60,863 nt of DNA from an uncultured Myxococcales bacterium (GCA_964424165.1 CAYRIB010000003.1:1-60863), one strand, 5' to 3'; positions 9,313 to 18,372 are shown, counted from the stretch's first letter. Made by a program: numbers and translations. The notes: generated from the sequence alone by a model not told the origin.

Positions 9313-12150
9313 ATGGGTGTCCCATCACGCTGGGCGGGCTTTGTGGATGTGCTCAGCTTCAGTGCCGAAGTGCGCAATCTGGTCGACACACTGAACCAGG
9401 AGATTGCCTCGGCCGGGCGATCGGCGCCGCGCCTGCCATCTCATCCCGCGGGATTCGTCAAGGAGATCACGAAGCGCCGCCTGACCATGGCCGAGGCCTA
9501 TTTGCGCCTTGTGACGTTCACGGGCATCGACGATTATCGGGAGCGCCTCGACGCCCTTCAGACGTTGATTCACCAAGCCTGGCATTCCAAGACCCTGTTG
9601 ATGCCGGTGAACACGGCCCGGGTCCAGGCCGCACTGATGAAGGAATGCGTCAAGGCGAGCGGGGACAAACGCCGCCAACTCGAACTGATGAGCGACTTCG
9701 CCCTGGCATCGCACGGGCAGCAAAATGTGATTCACCGCCTGCTGCGCGAACACGACATGATCGAGGTACCCGAAGATGGGCGTCCCTTGTCCGAAATGGA
9801 CCTCGGCTGGGACGACCACGTGCACGATTTCCTGACCGAAGGGCGCAAAACCCCTTGTCAGCTTCTGCTCGATGCCTTCATCAAGGGGATTTCGCGGCTG
9901 ACCGTGGCCTACTACGACCTGCACGATGCGCGGGTGTTCGAGGAGGCCCTCGAGGCCGGACGGTTGCTCGGGATCCAGGTCGAAATCGGGATCGAGTTCA
10001 GTGTGGGCAAGAGCACCGAGCGGCTCCACTTCATGTTCATTCCACCCGGCAGCACGTCGGCTACGGAACTCGAAGAATTTCTCGAGGCCCGCAAGGAAAC
10101 GCTGCGTCCCTTCTTTGATGGCCTTGACCGTAATTCCGACAGTCGCCGCCGGACGATCAGCACCCTGCTCGAAAGCTTCAACAACACCCATTTGAAGGAC
10201 CTGAATGCACGGTTCCGGCATCTGCCGTTTCTCATGGTGCAACCGCTGCACTGGCTGGATGTCGAACGCCTCATTCAGCATCATCAGGCGAGTCGCATCC
10301 ATCTCGGACAGGTGCTATGGCAGCAGATTCAGCCCGTGCTGCACAAGCGGGTGCTGTATTTGAAGAACCAGTATCTGCATGCCCGGGACAAGCTGAACAA
10401 CGGCTCGACCTCGACCTGGGAGGTCGATCAGCTTCGGACGCGATACCTGGAGGTGCGCGCGGAATACGAGACGTGCAGCGCCCGTGGCCTGCTCGACCGC
10501 TACATGCCATCACGCGAAGGCGTGGACTACGATTCGGCGTTCGCCACCCTCGAGGAATCGCTTGGCTTGTTGTCCGGTTGCGGCGGTCGCATCGTGTTCA
10601 TTCATCCCCTGTCACAGGGGCCGCAGACCGCCGTGGACACGCTGGTAGGCGCACACCCTTGGCTCACGGACGTCGAGACCTTCAATCTGGCGGATTCGCA
10701 GTCCCGGGACCCCGCGGACCTTCGACGACTCAGCAGCCTGATCGGGCGTCTCAACGCAGGCAAGGCGCAAGAAGTCATGACCCTGCTTTCCGACTGGGGC
10801 ATCTCGGCCCGTTCCGAGGATGTCGCTGCGGCGTGCGAATCCTTTCACAAGCGCCCCTTGCTGCCCAGGTGCGGCAGCGACTATGACGGTCGGGATGCCC
10901 GTGTTCCGGGCATGGGTTTCATCAAGGACTCTCGGCTTCCCCGGCGGTCTTTGCTGCACTGGCAGAAGCAGCCCCACCAGTCCCTGTCCGCAAACATCGG
11001 ACAGCTTCTGCTGCAGCGGGGGGATGCGAGTCGGACCCTCGAGGATGGGCAGAAGATCCTGGTGCTCGAACGTCCCCAGGCAGTGATCCGCAATCGGGTC
11101 GGGGACGAGGCCCCAAGCTTGGGGTTCGGGCCGATCCGCTGGTGGCGATACTTGAACCTGAATTTGAAGAGTCTGGCCAAGATTGCGTTTGCCTTTGTTC
11201 CGGCATTCTTCCTGACGAGCGCCATCTTCCCCGCGAATTCGGAATACGCCATCGGGCTGGGATACGTGCTGCTGTGGTTCGGGATCACGGGGTTGCGCAA
11301 CGTGATGGCGGATCTGGTGGCAGCGGCCGGTCTGTCGGCGCGCTCGTGGCGCCTGGAGATCGTGGACCGCGACAACCTGGCAAATTCCATCTTCTGGACC
11401 GGGTTCTCGGTCCCGGTGCTCGGGGCCGTGAAGCTGGCGTTCGATGGGGCCTGGCCCCAGGTCGGCGAAGACACCTTCCTCCGGGTTCTGGCCAAGTTCT
11501 GCGTGCTGGCATTGGCCAACGGTCTTTACCTGTCCACGCACAACAAGCTGCGCGGCTTTGATGCGGCCGTGGTGCGCGCCAACTTCTTCCGCACCGTGTT
11601 GTCCTGGCCCCTGGCCACGGCGGGTTCTTACGCCTTGAACCTTTTGTCCATCCCCAGCATCGTGCAGGCCAAGATCTGGTCCGACGTGGTCGCGGGCGTC
11701 ATCGAGGGAACCGGCAAGGCTCGGCGTCGCCTCAGGCTGTGCCGAAGGGACTACTTCGAGTTGTTCCGTTCTTTGCTGCAGGGGGATCGACAGGCCCAGA
11801 TGATTGCGGTGGCGGACATTCTCTTTGTGTGGGCGCGGCGCCACAAGGGGCGTTCGACTCTGCAGCGGATCCTGCAGCAATCGGCGCAGGTCGCCGCGTC
11901 CAGCAACGATCTTCAGGATGCGGGCAAGCGCCTGAATCCGGCACAGATCCGCAAGGCCGTGGAGATTCTAAGGGGAATCATGCTTGCCGAGGGCAGCATG
12001 GAAGGATTGACCAGTTTGATCCTTGAACACTATTGTGGGCGTGAAGCCGTGGTGCTGAGCAGCCTGGTGGCGGACCACCATCTGGCGTTTCGACGTTGGG
12101 TCCGCCGCTACGCGCCGGCCCCTGCAACACCCACCGACAAACCTGCGTGA
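9313..12150 (+). CDS. large conserved-looking hypothetical protein: soluble N-terminal part (about 610 aa) plus polytopic C-terminal membrane domain
   Basis: One uninterrupted GC3-rich ORF. ATG 9313 lies 3 nt after the ribF stop (the track's TTG 9307 overlaps it). Hydrophobic helices start at WWRYLNLNLKSLAKIAFAFVPAFFL. I recognise no catalytic motif. Confidence 0.7.
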   Translation: MGVPSRWAGFVDVLSFSAEVRNLVDTLNQEIASAGRSAPRLPSHPAGFVKEITKRRLTMAEAYLRLVTFTGIDDYRERLDALQTLIHQAWHSKTLLMPVNTARVQAALMKECVKASGDKRRQLELMSDFALASHGQQNVIHRLLREHDMIEVPEDGRPLSEMDLGWDDHVHDFLTEGRKTPCQLLLDAFIKGISRLTVAYYDLHDARVFEEALEAGRLLGIQVEIGIEFSVGKSTERLHFMFIPPGSTSATELEEFLEARKETLRPFFDGLDRNSDSRRRTISTLLESFNNTHLKDLNARFRHLPFLMVQPLHWLDVERLIQHHQASRIHLGQVLWQQIQPVLHKRVLYLKNQYLHARDKLNNGSTSTWEVDQLRTRYLEVRAEYETCSARGLLDRYMPSREGVDYDSAFATLEESLGLLSGCGGRIVFIHPLSQGPQTAVDTLVGAHPWLTDVETFNLADSQSRDPADLRRLSSLIGRLNAGKAQEVMTLLSDWGISARSEDVAAACESFHKRPLLPRCGSDYDGRDARVPGMGFIKDSRLPRRSLLHWQKQPHQSLSANIGQLLLQRGDASRTLEDGQKILVLERPQAVIRNRVGDEAPSLGFGPIRWWRYLNLNLKSLAKIAFAFVPAFFLTSAIFPANSEYAIGLGYVLLWFGITGLRNVMADLVAAAGLSARSWRLEIVDRDNLANSIFWTGFSVPVLGAVKLAFDGAWPQVGEDTFLRVLAKFCVLALANGLYLSTHNKLRGFDAAVVRANFFRTVLSWPLATAGSYALNLLSIPSIVQAKIWSDVVAGVIEGTGKARRRLRLCRRDYFELFRSLLQGDRQAQMIAVADILFVWARRHKGRSTLQRILQQSAQVAASSNDLQDAGKRLNPAQIRKAVEILRGIMLAEGSMEGLTSLILEHYCGREAVVLSSLVADHHLAFRRWVRRYAPAPATPTDKPA

Positions 12151-12159
12151 GGCTGGTCA

Positions 12160-13356
12160 TCAGGGCCTCGTGGAACGCACCCGTTCATACCGGTCGATCG
12201 CGGTTCCGTCCCAGCGGTAGGACTCGAAGATCAATCGTTCCGACGACAGAGTGATCACCTGCCATGTGGATACATCGCCCAGGATCTTCGCAAACAGAGG
12301 GCTGGGCTCGGTGCGGTAATGCTTGCTGCCCGCATTGGCCACGCAATAGACCGTGCCATCGGGCGTCTGGCTCCCCGCGCGAAGCGGCCATGTCCGTGAA
12401 TACACATGATCGTGTCCCGTAAGCACCAGATCCACGGCATGCCGATCGAACACCGGCACCAGGACGTCTCGCAGCCATGCGCTGTCCCTCCGGGGCACGG
12501 ACGTCCAGATTGGATGGTGGAAGGCCACGATCTTCCAGATGGCATGCGAGTCCGTCAGGACCTGGTCGAGCCACTGGGCCTGGACCTCGATGCGATCGCG
12601 GTCCGTGGTATCCAGCACGGCCAGGAGCAGCGGTCCATAGCGGATCACGTAAGCACGTTCGGGCGCAACCGGGCCGTCGGACGGCAGAACGAAGAAGGCA
12701 TCGAACAGGGCACCGCCACCCGCGAAGGTTTCGTGGTTGCCGATCGCGGGCACTACGGGGATGCTTGCAAAGGCATCGCCGGCGGCCGCAAGGGCCTCGT
12801 CCCAGAGTGTGCTCATGGCGCCGAAGTTCACCAAATCCCCGGTCAACAAGGCAAAACGAAGGTCCGGTCGGCTCGATACCAGGGCCGAGAATTGCCGGCC
12901 CCACTCGGGCACCCCGGTCTGCACATCCCCCAGATACACGAAGCGGATGGCTTCATCCGCATCCCTTGGCGCGGTGCGCACGACCCGAGTCGGGGTCCCT
13001 CCCCACCACCCGTCCGTCATCACCTGGTATTCGTAAAGGGTATCCGGATAGAGGTCCGTGGCAATGGCCACCAGACGGTTCCCAGCCAGACTGGCAGAGG
13101 CCTCTCGAAATGCACGCACGTTCTGCCAGGCACCGCCATCCTTGCGAATCCGAAGCGTTCCAGCGGTCGCAGAACGGGGGGCACGCCACGACACGGCCAG
13201 TGTCGAGGCAGGGTCACCCGGGAAGGTCACCAGGATCTGATCCGCGCCCGTGGACGACACCAGGTCCGGGGCATGCGTGCCCCATTGTTCCCAAACCAGT
13301 GCGAACATCAGGGCCAGGAAGAACACTGCAGGTATCCCGGGTCCGAAACGATTCAC
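12160..13356 (-). CDS. purple-acid-phosphatase-like metallophosphoesterase, secreted
   Basis: Track ORF 12160..13710 trimmed to GTG 13356, which forms a GTGA overlap with the upstream gene's stop. Signal-like N-terminus (GIPAVFFLALMFALVW). Motifs: FVYLGDVQ, LTGDLVNFG, GNHE, VAFHHP, GHDHVY. Confidence 0.8.
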   Translation of the reverse strand: MNRFGPGIPAVFFLALMFALVWEQWGTHAPDLVSSTGADQILVTFPGDPASTLAVSWRAPRSATAGTLRIRKDGGAWQNVRAFREASASLAGNRLVAIATDLYPDTLYEYQVMTDGWWGGTPTRVVRTAPRDADEAIRFVYLGDVQTGVPEWGRQFSALVSSRPDLRFALLTGDLVNFGAMSTLWDEALAAAGDAFASIPVVPAIGNHETFAGGGALFDAFFVLPSDGPVAPERAYVIRYGPLLLAVLDTTDRDRIEVQAQWLDQVLTDSHAIWKIVAFHHPIWTSVPRRDSAWLRDVLVPVFDRHAVDLVLTGHDHVYSRTWPLRAGSQTPDGTVYCVANAGSKHYRTEPSPLFAKILGDVSTWQVITLSSERLIFESYRWDGTAIDRYERVRSTRP

Positions 13357-14291
13357 GGCGGCCCCTCCTTGGAAGGTGCTGACGATCGCTTTGACGTTCG
13401 CAACGATGCCTGCAATGCATCGATCAGCAGGGGATAGCGGAAGGCATGCCCGACGCCGGTGAGCACCGTGGGAACGACCCTCTGTGACGCCAACAGCACG
13501 TCCGCAAACCCGCCGAGCGCCAGACGCAATGCAAAGGCCGGAACCGGCAGGATGGCAGGACGGTGAAGCATTGACGCCAGGGCTGATGTGAACTCGCGAT
13601 TCGTGACAAGTCCCGGGGCGACCGTGTTGACCGGGCCAACAAGCCGGTCGTCGTTTGCCGCAGCCAGCAGGATGTCGACCACGTCCTCGACGTGGATCCA
13701 TGGCATCCACTGACGACCGGATCCGAGTCGGCCGCCGAGCCCGGTCGCAAACAGGGCCGACAGTTTCGCCAACGCGCCCCCCTGTTCACCGAGCACGAGT
13801 CCGAAGCGCGGATTGACCACGCGGATGCCCAGTTCCCCGGCCCGGGCGGCCTCGGCCTCCCAGTCGCGACACACCTCGGCCAGAAAGTCGCTGCCCGGGG
13901 GCGCCCGTTCGTCGAGCATTTCATCCCCGCCATCCCCGTAGTAGCCCACTGCCGACACCGACACCAGACATCGAGGACGAATCCGGCATGCTCGGAGGGC
14001 CTCGACCAATGCCCGGGTTCCGCGCACGCGACTGTCACGGATTCGCGCCTTCTTTTCCCGATCCCAGCGGCCCGTGCCAAGAGGTTCGCCGGCCAGATGG
14101 AACACGCAGTCCACCCCATCGAGGGCCTGTGGGGGCATCTGTCCCGATGCGGGGTCCCACGCAACGGCTTCGACATTGCCCAGGGCGCGTGCAGCGCGTT
14201 CCGCATCGCGGCTGAACACCACCGGCCGCTCGAGGCGTGCCACGAGTTGCCGTCCCACGAACCCGGTGGCCCCGGTCACTGCGGTCTTCAT
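13353..14291 (-). CDS. TIGR01777-type NAD-dependent epimerase/dehydratase family protein (SDR with C-terminal DUF1731-like part)
   Basis: Trimmed to Met34, giving MKTAVTGATGFVGRQLV (Rossmann GxxGxxG at the N-terminus). About 312 aa. Confidence 0.85.
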   Translation of the reverse strand: MKTAVTGATGFVGRQLVARLERPVVFSRDAERAARALGNVEAVAWDPASGQMPPQALDGVDCVFHLAGEPLGTGRWDREKKARIRDSRVRGTRALVEALRACRIRPRCLVSVSAVGYYGDGGDEMLDERAPPGSDFLAEVCRDWEAEAARAGELGIRVVNPRFGLVLGEQGGALAKLSALFATGLGGRLGSGRQWMPWIHVEDVVDILLAAANDDRLVGPVNTVAPGLVTNREFTSALASMLHRPAILPVPAFALRLALGGFADVLLASQRVVPTVLTGVGHAFRYPLLIDALQASLRTSKRSSAPSKEGPP

Positions 14292-14451
14292 GGTGCATCC
14301 CCCCACAAAAGAGCTCCATGCGCTTGTTGTATCATGAATCCTATTCGAAGGTTCTGCATCCCAACCCGTCGAATCCAAGCCGGTTTCCAATCACCGACGG
14401 CCCGATGGCGCTTTCCGGGCATCTGAGATCTACCGGTCACACAAAAAATGA

Positions 14452-14479
14452 TTGACACAACGGCACTTTCTAGTAGTAT
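14452..14479 (+). promoter_or_regulatory. sigma-70-type promoter candidate for tRNA-Val / infC operon
   Basis: TTGACA (14452..14457), 16-nt spacer, TAGTAT (14474..14479). It ends 18 nt upstream of the tRNA 5' end, in a locally AT-richer stretch. Confidence 0.5.
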
Positions 14480-14496
14480 TCGCCTGCTTGTTCCCC

Positions 14497-14568
<72 letters not shown>

Positions 14569-14576
14569 CAGGATTC

Positions 14577-14625
14577 GCGGTCAGCGCAGCCCCCGCTGCC
14601 CGCAATGTTTCCGGTTTCTTTGCTT
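14577..14625 (+). terminator. GC-rich hairpin plus T-rich tract between tRNA-Val and infC (terminator/attenuator candidate)
   Basis: GCGGTCAGCG (14577..14586) pairs with CGCTGCCCGC (14594..14603), 10 bp with one mismatch and a 7-nt loop. It is followed by aatGTTTCCGGTTTCTTTGCTTCT. Confidence 0.35.
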
Positions 14626-14645
14626 CTGATTGATAGGAGTCGGCC

Positions 14646-15203
14646 CTGGAGGAAAAGGAAGCACGCATCAATACCCGGATTCGCGCACGGGAAGTGAGGC
14701 TGGTCGGTAACGACGGGACCCAGTTCGGAATCGTTCCGTTTCCGCAGGCTTTGCATATGGCCGAAGAGGCCGGGTTTGACTTGGTGGAAGTTGCCCCCAT
14801 GGCCGTTCCGCCCGTATGCCGCATCATGGACTACGGGAAGTTCAAGTACCAGAAGAAGAAACGGATGCAGGAGGCCCGGAAGCGCCAGTTCGTGGTGCAG
14901 ATCAAAGAGGTCAAGATCCGCTACAAGACGGATGACCACGATCTGGCCACCAAGGTGCGACAGGCCGGCGAATTCCTGAAAGAGGGCCACAAGGTCAAGT
15001 TCGTCATGTTCTTCAAGGGACGCGAGATCCAGTTCGCATCCCTGGGTCAGCACGTCATGGAAAAGGTGGCGGCGGACCTGATGGAGTTCGGTAACCTGGA
15101 ACGGCCTCCGCGCATGGAGGGTCGTGTCCTTTCCATGTATTTCATGTCCAAGGGGACGGTCAAGCGAACGGAGAGCAACGATGCCAAAGATGAAGTCGAA
15201 TAG
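14646..15203 (+). CDS. infC: translation initiation factor IF-3 (non-AUG start)
   Basis: The track ORF starts at GTG 14694 (MRLVGNDG), but the conserved IF-3 N-terminal motif [14 protein letters not shown] lies upstream, in a frame that is open from 14637. AGGAG (14635..14639) sits 6 nt before CTG 14646; ATC 14667 is an alternative start. rpmI and rplT follow. Confidence 0.85.
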   Translation: MEEKEARINTRIRAREVRLVGNDGTQFGIVPFPQALHMAEEAGFDLVEVAPMAVPPVCRIMDYGKFKYQKKKRMQEARKRQFVVQIKEVKIRYKTDDHDLATKVRQAGEFLKEGHKVKFVMFFKGREIQFASLGQHVMEKVAADLMEFGNLERPPRMEGRVLSMYFMSKGTVKRTESNDAKDEVE

Positions 15204-15378
15204 GTCGGCGGCCAAGCGCTTCCGGGTTGCGGAGAGTGGTGCAGTGAAGCGCTCGCAGGCCTTCAAGAGCCACATCCTGACCAAGAAGTCGGCGAAGCGT
15301 AAACGTGGCCTGGTCAAGGCCGTGTTGGTGACTGGACCGGATGCCAGGCGGGTGAAGCGCCTGCTTCCCGGAACCTAA
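15181..15378 (+). CDS. rpmI: 50S ribosomal protein L35
   Basis: [16 protein letters not shown]...; track ORF 15124..15378 trimmed to Met20. It overlaps the infC 3' end by 23 nt. Confidence 0.9.
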   Translation: MPKMKSNRSAAKRFRVAESGAVKRSQAFKSHILTKKSAKRKRGLVKAVLVTGPDARRVKRLLPGT

Positions 15379-15390
15379 GGGAGGATTGTC

Positions 15391-15747
15391 ATGGCACGCG
15401 TAAAGCGAGGCTTCAAGAGGCGCCAGCGTCACAACAAGATCATGCTGGCAGCGAAGGGTTTTCGCGAACGGCGGCGCACCGCATATCGCCGCGCGGTGGA
15501 ACAGGTCCATCGCGGGTTGCGGTATGCCACCATTCATCGCAAGCTCAACAAGCGCAACTTCCGTGCGCTGTGGATCGCACGTATCAATGCGGCCTGCCGG
15601 CTCAACGGAACGAAGTATTCGGAACTCATCCATGGTCTGACCACGGCCGGCGCCCCGATCGATCGCAAGATCCTGGCGGACTTGGCGGTCAATGACCCGG
15701 ATGGTTTTGCGCGCATTGTGAAGCAGGCGACCGCGTCGAACACCTAG
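15391..15747 (+). CDS. rplT: 50S ribosomal protein L20
   Basis: MARVKRGFKRRQRHNKIMLAAKGFRERR... is a typical L20. 118 aa. Confidence 0.95.
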   Translation: MARVKRGFKRRQRHNKIMLAAKGFRERRRTAYRRAVEQVHRGLRYATIHRKLNKRNFRALWIARINAACRLNGTKYSELIHGLTTAGAPIDRKILADLAVNDPDGFARIVKQATASNT

Positions 15748-15767
15748 CGACGTGACGGAGGATTTCG

Positions 15768-16046
15768 ATGACGAAGGCCGACATCGTGGAAGGCGTCTAC
15801 GAGAGGCTGGGGGGCTTTTCCAAGAAGGAGGCCGCCGCCATCGTCGAAACGACCCTGGGCGTCATGAAAGACGCCTTGGCCGACGGCGATAAGGTGAAGA
15901 TCTCGGGCTTTGGTTCCTTCTCGGTTCGCATGAAGCGAACCCGCAAGGGCCGCAATCCGAAGACCGGGCAGACGCTCGAGATCTCGGCCCGCAAGGTCAT
16001 GTCTTTCAAGCCGAGCCCGGTTCTGCGACGCATCATCAATTCGTGA
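15768..16046 (+). CDS. ihfA: integration host factor alpha-like (HU/IHF family DNA-binding protein)
   Basis: MTKADIVE...GFGSFSVRMKRTRKGRNPKTGQTLEISARKVMSFKPS is the IHF/HU fold signature. It is followed by a MerR gene, as in many proteobacterial ihfA loci. Confidence 0.75.
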   Translation: MTKADIVEGVYERLGGFSKKEAAAIVETTLGVMKDALADGDKVKISGFGSFSVRMKRTRKGRNPKTGQTLEISARKVMSFKPSPVLRRIINS

Positions 16047-16074
16047 CCCATACCCGTTTCGGACGGGAGGAGCG

Positions 16075-16647
16075 ATGACCCGCCCTGTCCAGGGAACCAT
16101 TCCGGATCGCCCATTCTTCAAGATTGGCGAAGTGGCGGAAATCCTGGGGGTGGCGACATCGGCTATCCGCTACTGGCAACGGGAGTTCTGGCCTCACATC
16201 CGTCCAGTCATCACGCACTCTCGTCAGCGTGTGTTCACCCGTCGGGACCTCAAGATCCTGGCAACCATCCGTGCGATGCTCCGCGATCAAGGCTATACGA
16301 TTCGCGGGGCCAAGGACCGTCTGTCCACGCTCATCTCCGAAGGCAGCGAGGGTTCCGGGGCGTTCGACGCGCCAGAGATCGTGCCGTCCTCCGATGACAA
16401 GGCGACGGTTCTTGGAACCCAGCGCATGGAGTTCCGGCGTCTGGGCGAAATGGCGGCCGAGATGGCCAAGCTGAAATACGCCCTGGACCAGGAACGACGA
16501 CGTATCGAGGAACTCGATGCCCGCCATCGTGCCGAGCAGCGCACCCTCAAGGAACAGCATTTCAGCCATCTGGCGCGGGTCCGCGAGGCCCGGACGGCGC
16601 TACGCAAACTGGTCGTCGATGTGCTGGCTTCCGAGGATGAACGGTAG
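16075..16647 (+). CDS. MerR family transcriptional regulator with C-terminal coiled coil
   Basis: N-terminal HTH FFKIGEVAEILGVATSAIRYWQREF...RQRVFTRRDL. The C-terminus is helical and charged. Confidence 0.85.
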   Translation: MTRPVQGTIPDRPFFKIGEVAEILGVATSAIRYWQREFWPHIRPVITHSRQRVFTRRDLKILATIRAMLRDQGYTIRGAKDRLSTLISEGSEGSGAFDAPEIVPSSDDKATVLGTQRMEFRRLGEMAAEMAKLKYALDQERRRIEELDARHRAEQRTLKEQHFSHLARVREARTALRKLVVDVLASEDER

Positions 16648-16661
16648 AAAAGAGGAAAGAG

Positions 16662-16880
16662 TCAGCGCGAACTGAACACGAGTTTCTTGCGCCGACGCTC
16701 GGCTTCGCGCTGTTTCCGCTTGGCCTTGATGCTGGCCTTCTCGAAGAAACGCCGCTTCTTCAGCTCTTTGTACAGGCCTTCGTTGGCCATCTTGCGCTTC
16801 AGAGCGGACAGGGCACGGCCGACATCATTGTCCTGGACCACGACTTCGACCGGCCTGAACTCAATCTGCTTCGGGTTCAA
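16662..16880 (-). CDS. rpsU: 30S ribosomal protein S21
   Basis: VGRALSALKRKMANEGLYKELKKRRFFEKASIKAKRKQREAERRRKK. TTG start preceded by AAGGAGGTGA with a 6-nt spacer. Confidence 0.9.
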   Translation of the reverse strand: MNPKQIEFRPVEVVVQDNDVGRALSALKRKMANEGLYKELKKRRFFEKASIKAKRKQREAERRRKKLVFSSR

Positions 16881-17014
16881 ACGAATTCACCTCCTTCGGC
16901 CTCGAGGTTCGAGGCGGGTTGTTTTTAGACCTTTCGGCTTCTGGTGTCAAGGATTTCTTTTGACATGCGGGCGCGGATTGACGACGATTCTGGCGTGGGT
17001 CCCCGGAGGTATCG

Positions 17015-17257
17015 ATGTTTCCGTCCCGTCTGGTCTTGAAAGTTGCATTGACGTTGATGGTGGCCGCGACGGGGTGCGAATCGAACGGCCTGATGATGTC
17101 GTCCTCGGACGTCATTCAAACCGGTGACGCCAGCACGACCGGGGTGGCATCGTGCGTCCAGACATGCATGGAACTGGGAGATCAGTATTGCGCCGGTGAC
17201 CCGGAATGCGAGGGAGACCTCTACTTTGCCTGCGAGGAGGACTGCTCGGGGGGCTGA
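17015..17257 (+). CDS. small secreted Cys-rich protein, lipoprotein-like signal (80 aa)
   Basis: GGAGG 5 nt upstream of the ATG. Signal peptide LKVALTLMVAATG|C. GC3-rich codons. Six Cys in the last 34 aa. The 3' end overlaps the convergent transporter gene by 37 nt. Confidence 0.6.
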   Translation: MFPSRLVLKVALTLMVAATGCESNGLMMSSSDVIQTGDASTTGVASCVQTCMELGDQYCAGDPECEGDLYFACEEDCSGG

Positions 17258-18372
17258 GGTCTGTCCGAAGATTCCGCGTCTTCCCCAAGGTAGAAGCGGC
17301 TTTCGCGATACGAGTGGATCCAAACCCTCAGCAAGGCCCTCAGGATGGCCGCGGTCGGGACTGCCAGCAGCAGGCCCAAGAATCCCAGAAGTTCCGCGCC
17401 GACCAGCAAGGCCACGATCACCAGGAAGGGGTTCAGACCGGTCTTGCCGCCAACCACGTTCGGGGTGATGAAGGCCGTGTCCAGCGCCGGAACCGCAGTG
17501 AATAAAATGGCAACGGCCAGAATCTGCCCGAACCCGGCATAGGCCAAGGCGATCGACAGCAGCGACAAGAGGAGGCCCACGGTCAGTCCCAGGTAAGGCA
17601 CAAAACCCAGCAGCCCGGCCAGGATGCCGATCACGGCGCCGCCGTTGACGCCGATGATCGACAAGGCCACCGAGTACACCATCGCCAGGATACAGCACAC
17701 GATCAGTTGACCGCGTACGAACGCCGACAGGGCTTCTTCCACTGCGTTCATCGAGGCCGCGACCCCCTCGCGGAACCGGTCAGGGATCAGGTCGCGCGCC
17801 TTGCTGATGATGTCGTGCCAGGCGCGCAGCAGATAGAAGGTGAAGACGATGACGATCAGGGTGTTGAGCAGGGCCAGCACCAGGTTGAAGGCGCTGGCAA
17901 AGGCCTTGGACAGAAGCCATCCGGACGGAGATGCCAGTTCCCGGAAGTGACTTTCCACGAAACGGGTGACCGTTGTCCGATCCAAACTCACGGACAGTTT
18001 CAGTTCGTCGCGGACCCATGGCATCACACGCTGATCCACCAGATCCAGCAGGACCGGGATTTGCATCACGATCTCGGACATCTGGGCAATCAGCGTGGGG
18101 ATGACCAGAAAGGCCAGCAGGGCGATCACAAGCACTGCCACGAAAACCATGAATCCAGAGGCCAGGGCACGCGGCCAGCGATGGCGGCACAAAAAGTCCA
18201 CCGCAGGGGTCAAGAGAAAGGCCAGGACGCCGCCAAAGAGGATCGGGATCATCACGATCCGCAGACGGTAGAGCAACCCGATCACCAGCAGGAACAGCAG
18301 TGCTGCGCCAACGTATTTGGCGAGCAGGTATGGATACCGGACGTGCGAACGCCAACGTGTGTCGCCTTCCAT
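17221..18372 (-). CDS. AI-2E (PerM/TqsA) family transporter
   Basis: Track ORF trimmed to Met20. Eight-helix-type profile with the family's C-terminal region GGAVIGILAGLLGFVPYLG...PNVVGGKTGLNPFLVIVALLVGAELLGFLGLLLAVP. Confidence 0.85.
   Translation of the reverse strand: MEGDTRWRSHVRYPYLLAKYVGAALLFLLVIGLLYRLRIVMIPILFGGVLAFLLTPAVDFLCRHRWPRALASGFMVFVAVLVIALLAFLVIPTLIAQMSEIVMQIPVLLDLVDQRVMPWVRDELKLSVSLDRTTVTRFVESHFRELASPSGWLLSKAFASAFNLVLALLNTLIVIVFTFYLLRAWHDIISKARDLIPDRFREGVAASMNAVEEALSAFVRGQLIVCCILAMVYSVALSIIGVNGGAVIGILAGLLGFVPYLGLTVGLLLSLLSIALAYAGFGQILAVAILFTAVPALDTAFITPNVVGGKTGLNPFLVIVALLVGAELLGFLGLLLAVPTAAILRALLRVWIHSYRESRFYLGEDAESSDRPQPPEQSSSQAK

Noticed and set aside
12160-13710. Long N-terminal extensions of track ORFs: this phosphatase, plus 3542..3898, 24586..25578, 39808..40110, 41600..42358, 42535..42615, 43265..43519 and 52113..52859.
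   Set aside because: The extensions overlap upstream genes, are Arg/Pro/Gly-rich, and precede internal starts that restore canonical N-termini with Shine-Dalgarno sites or stop/start overlaps.
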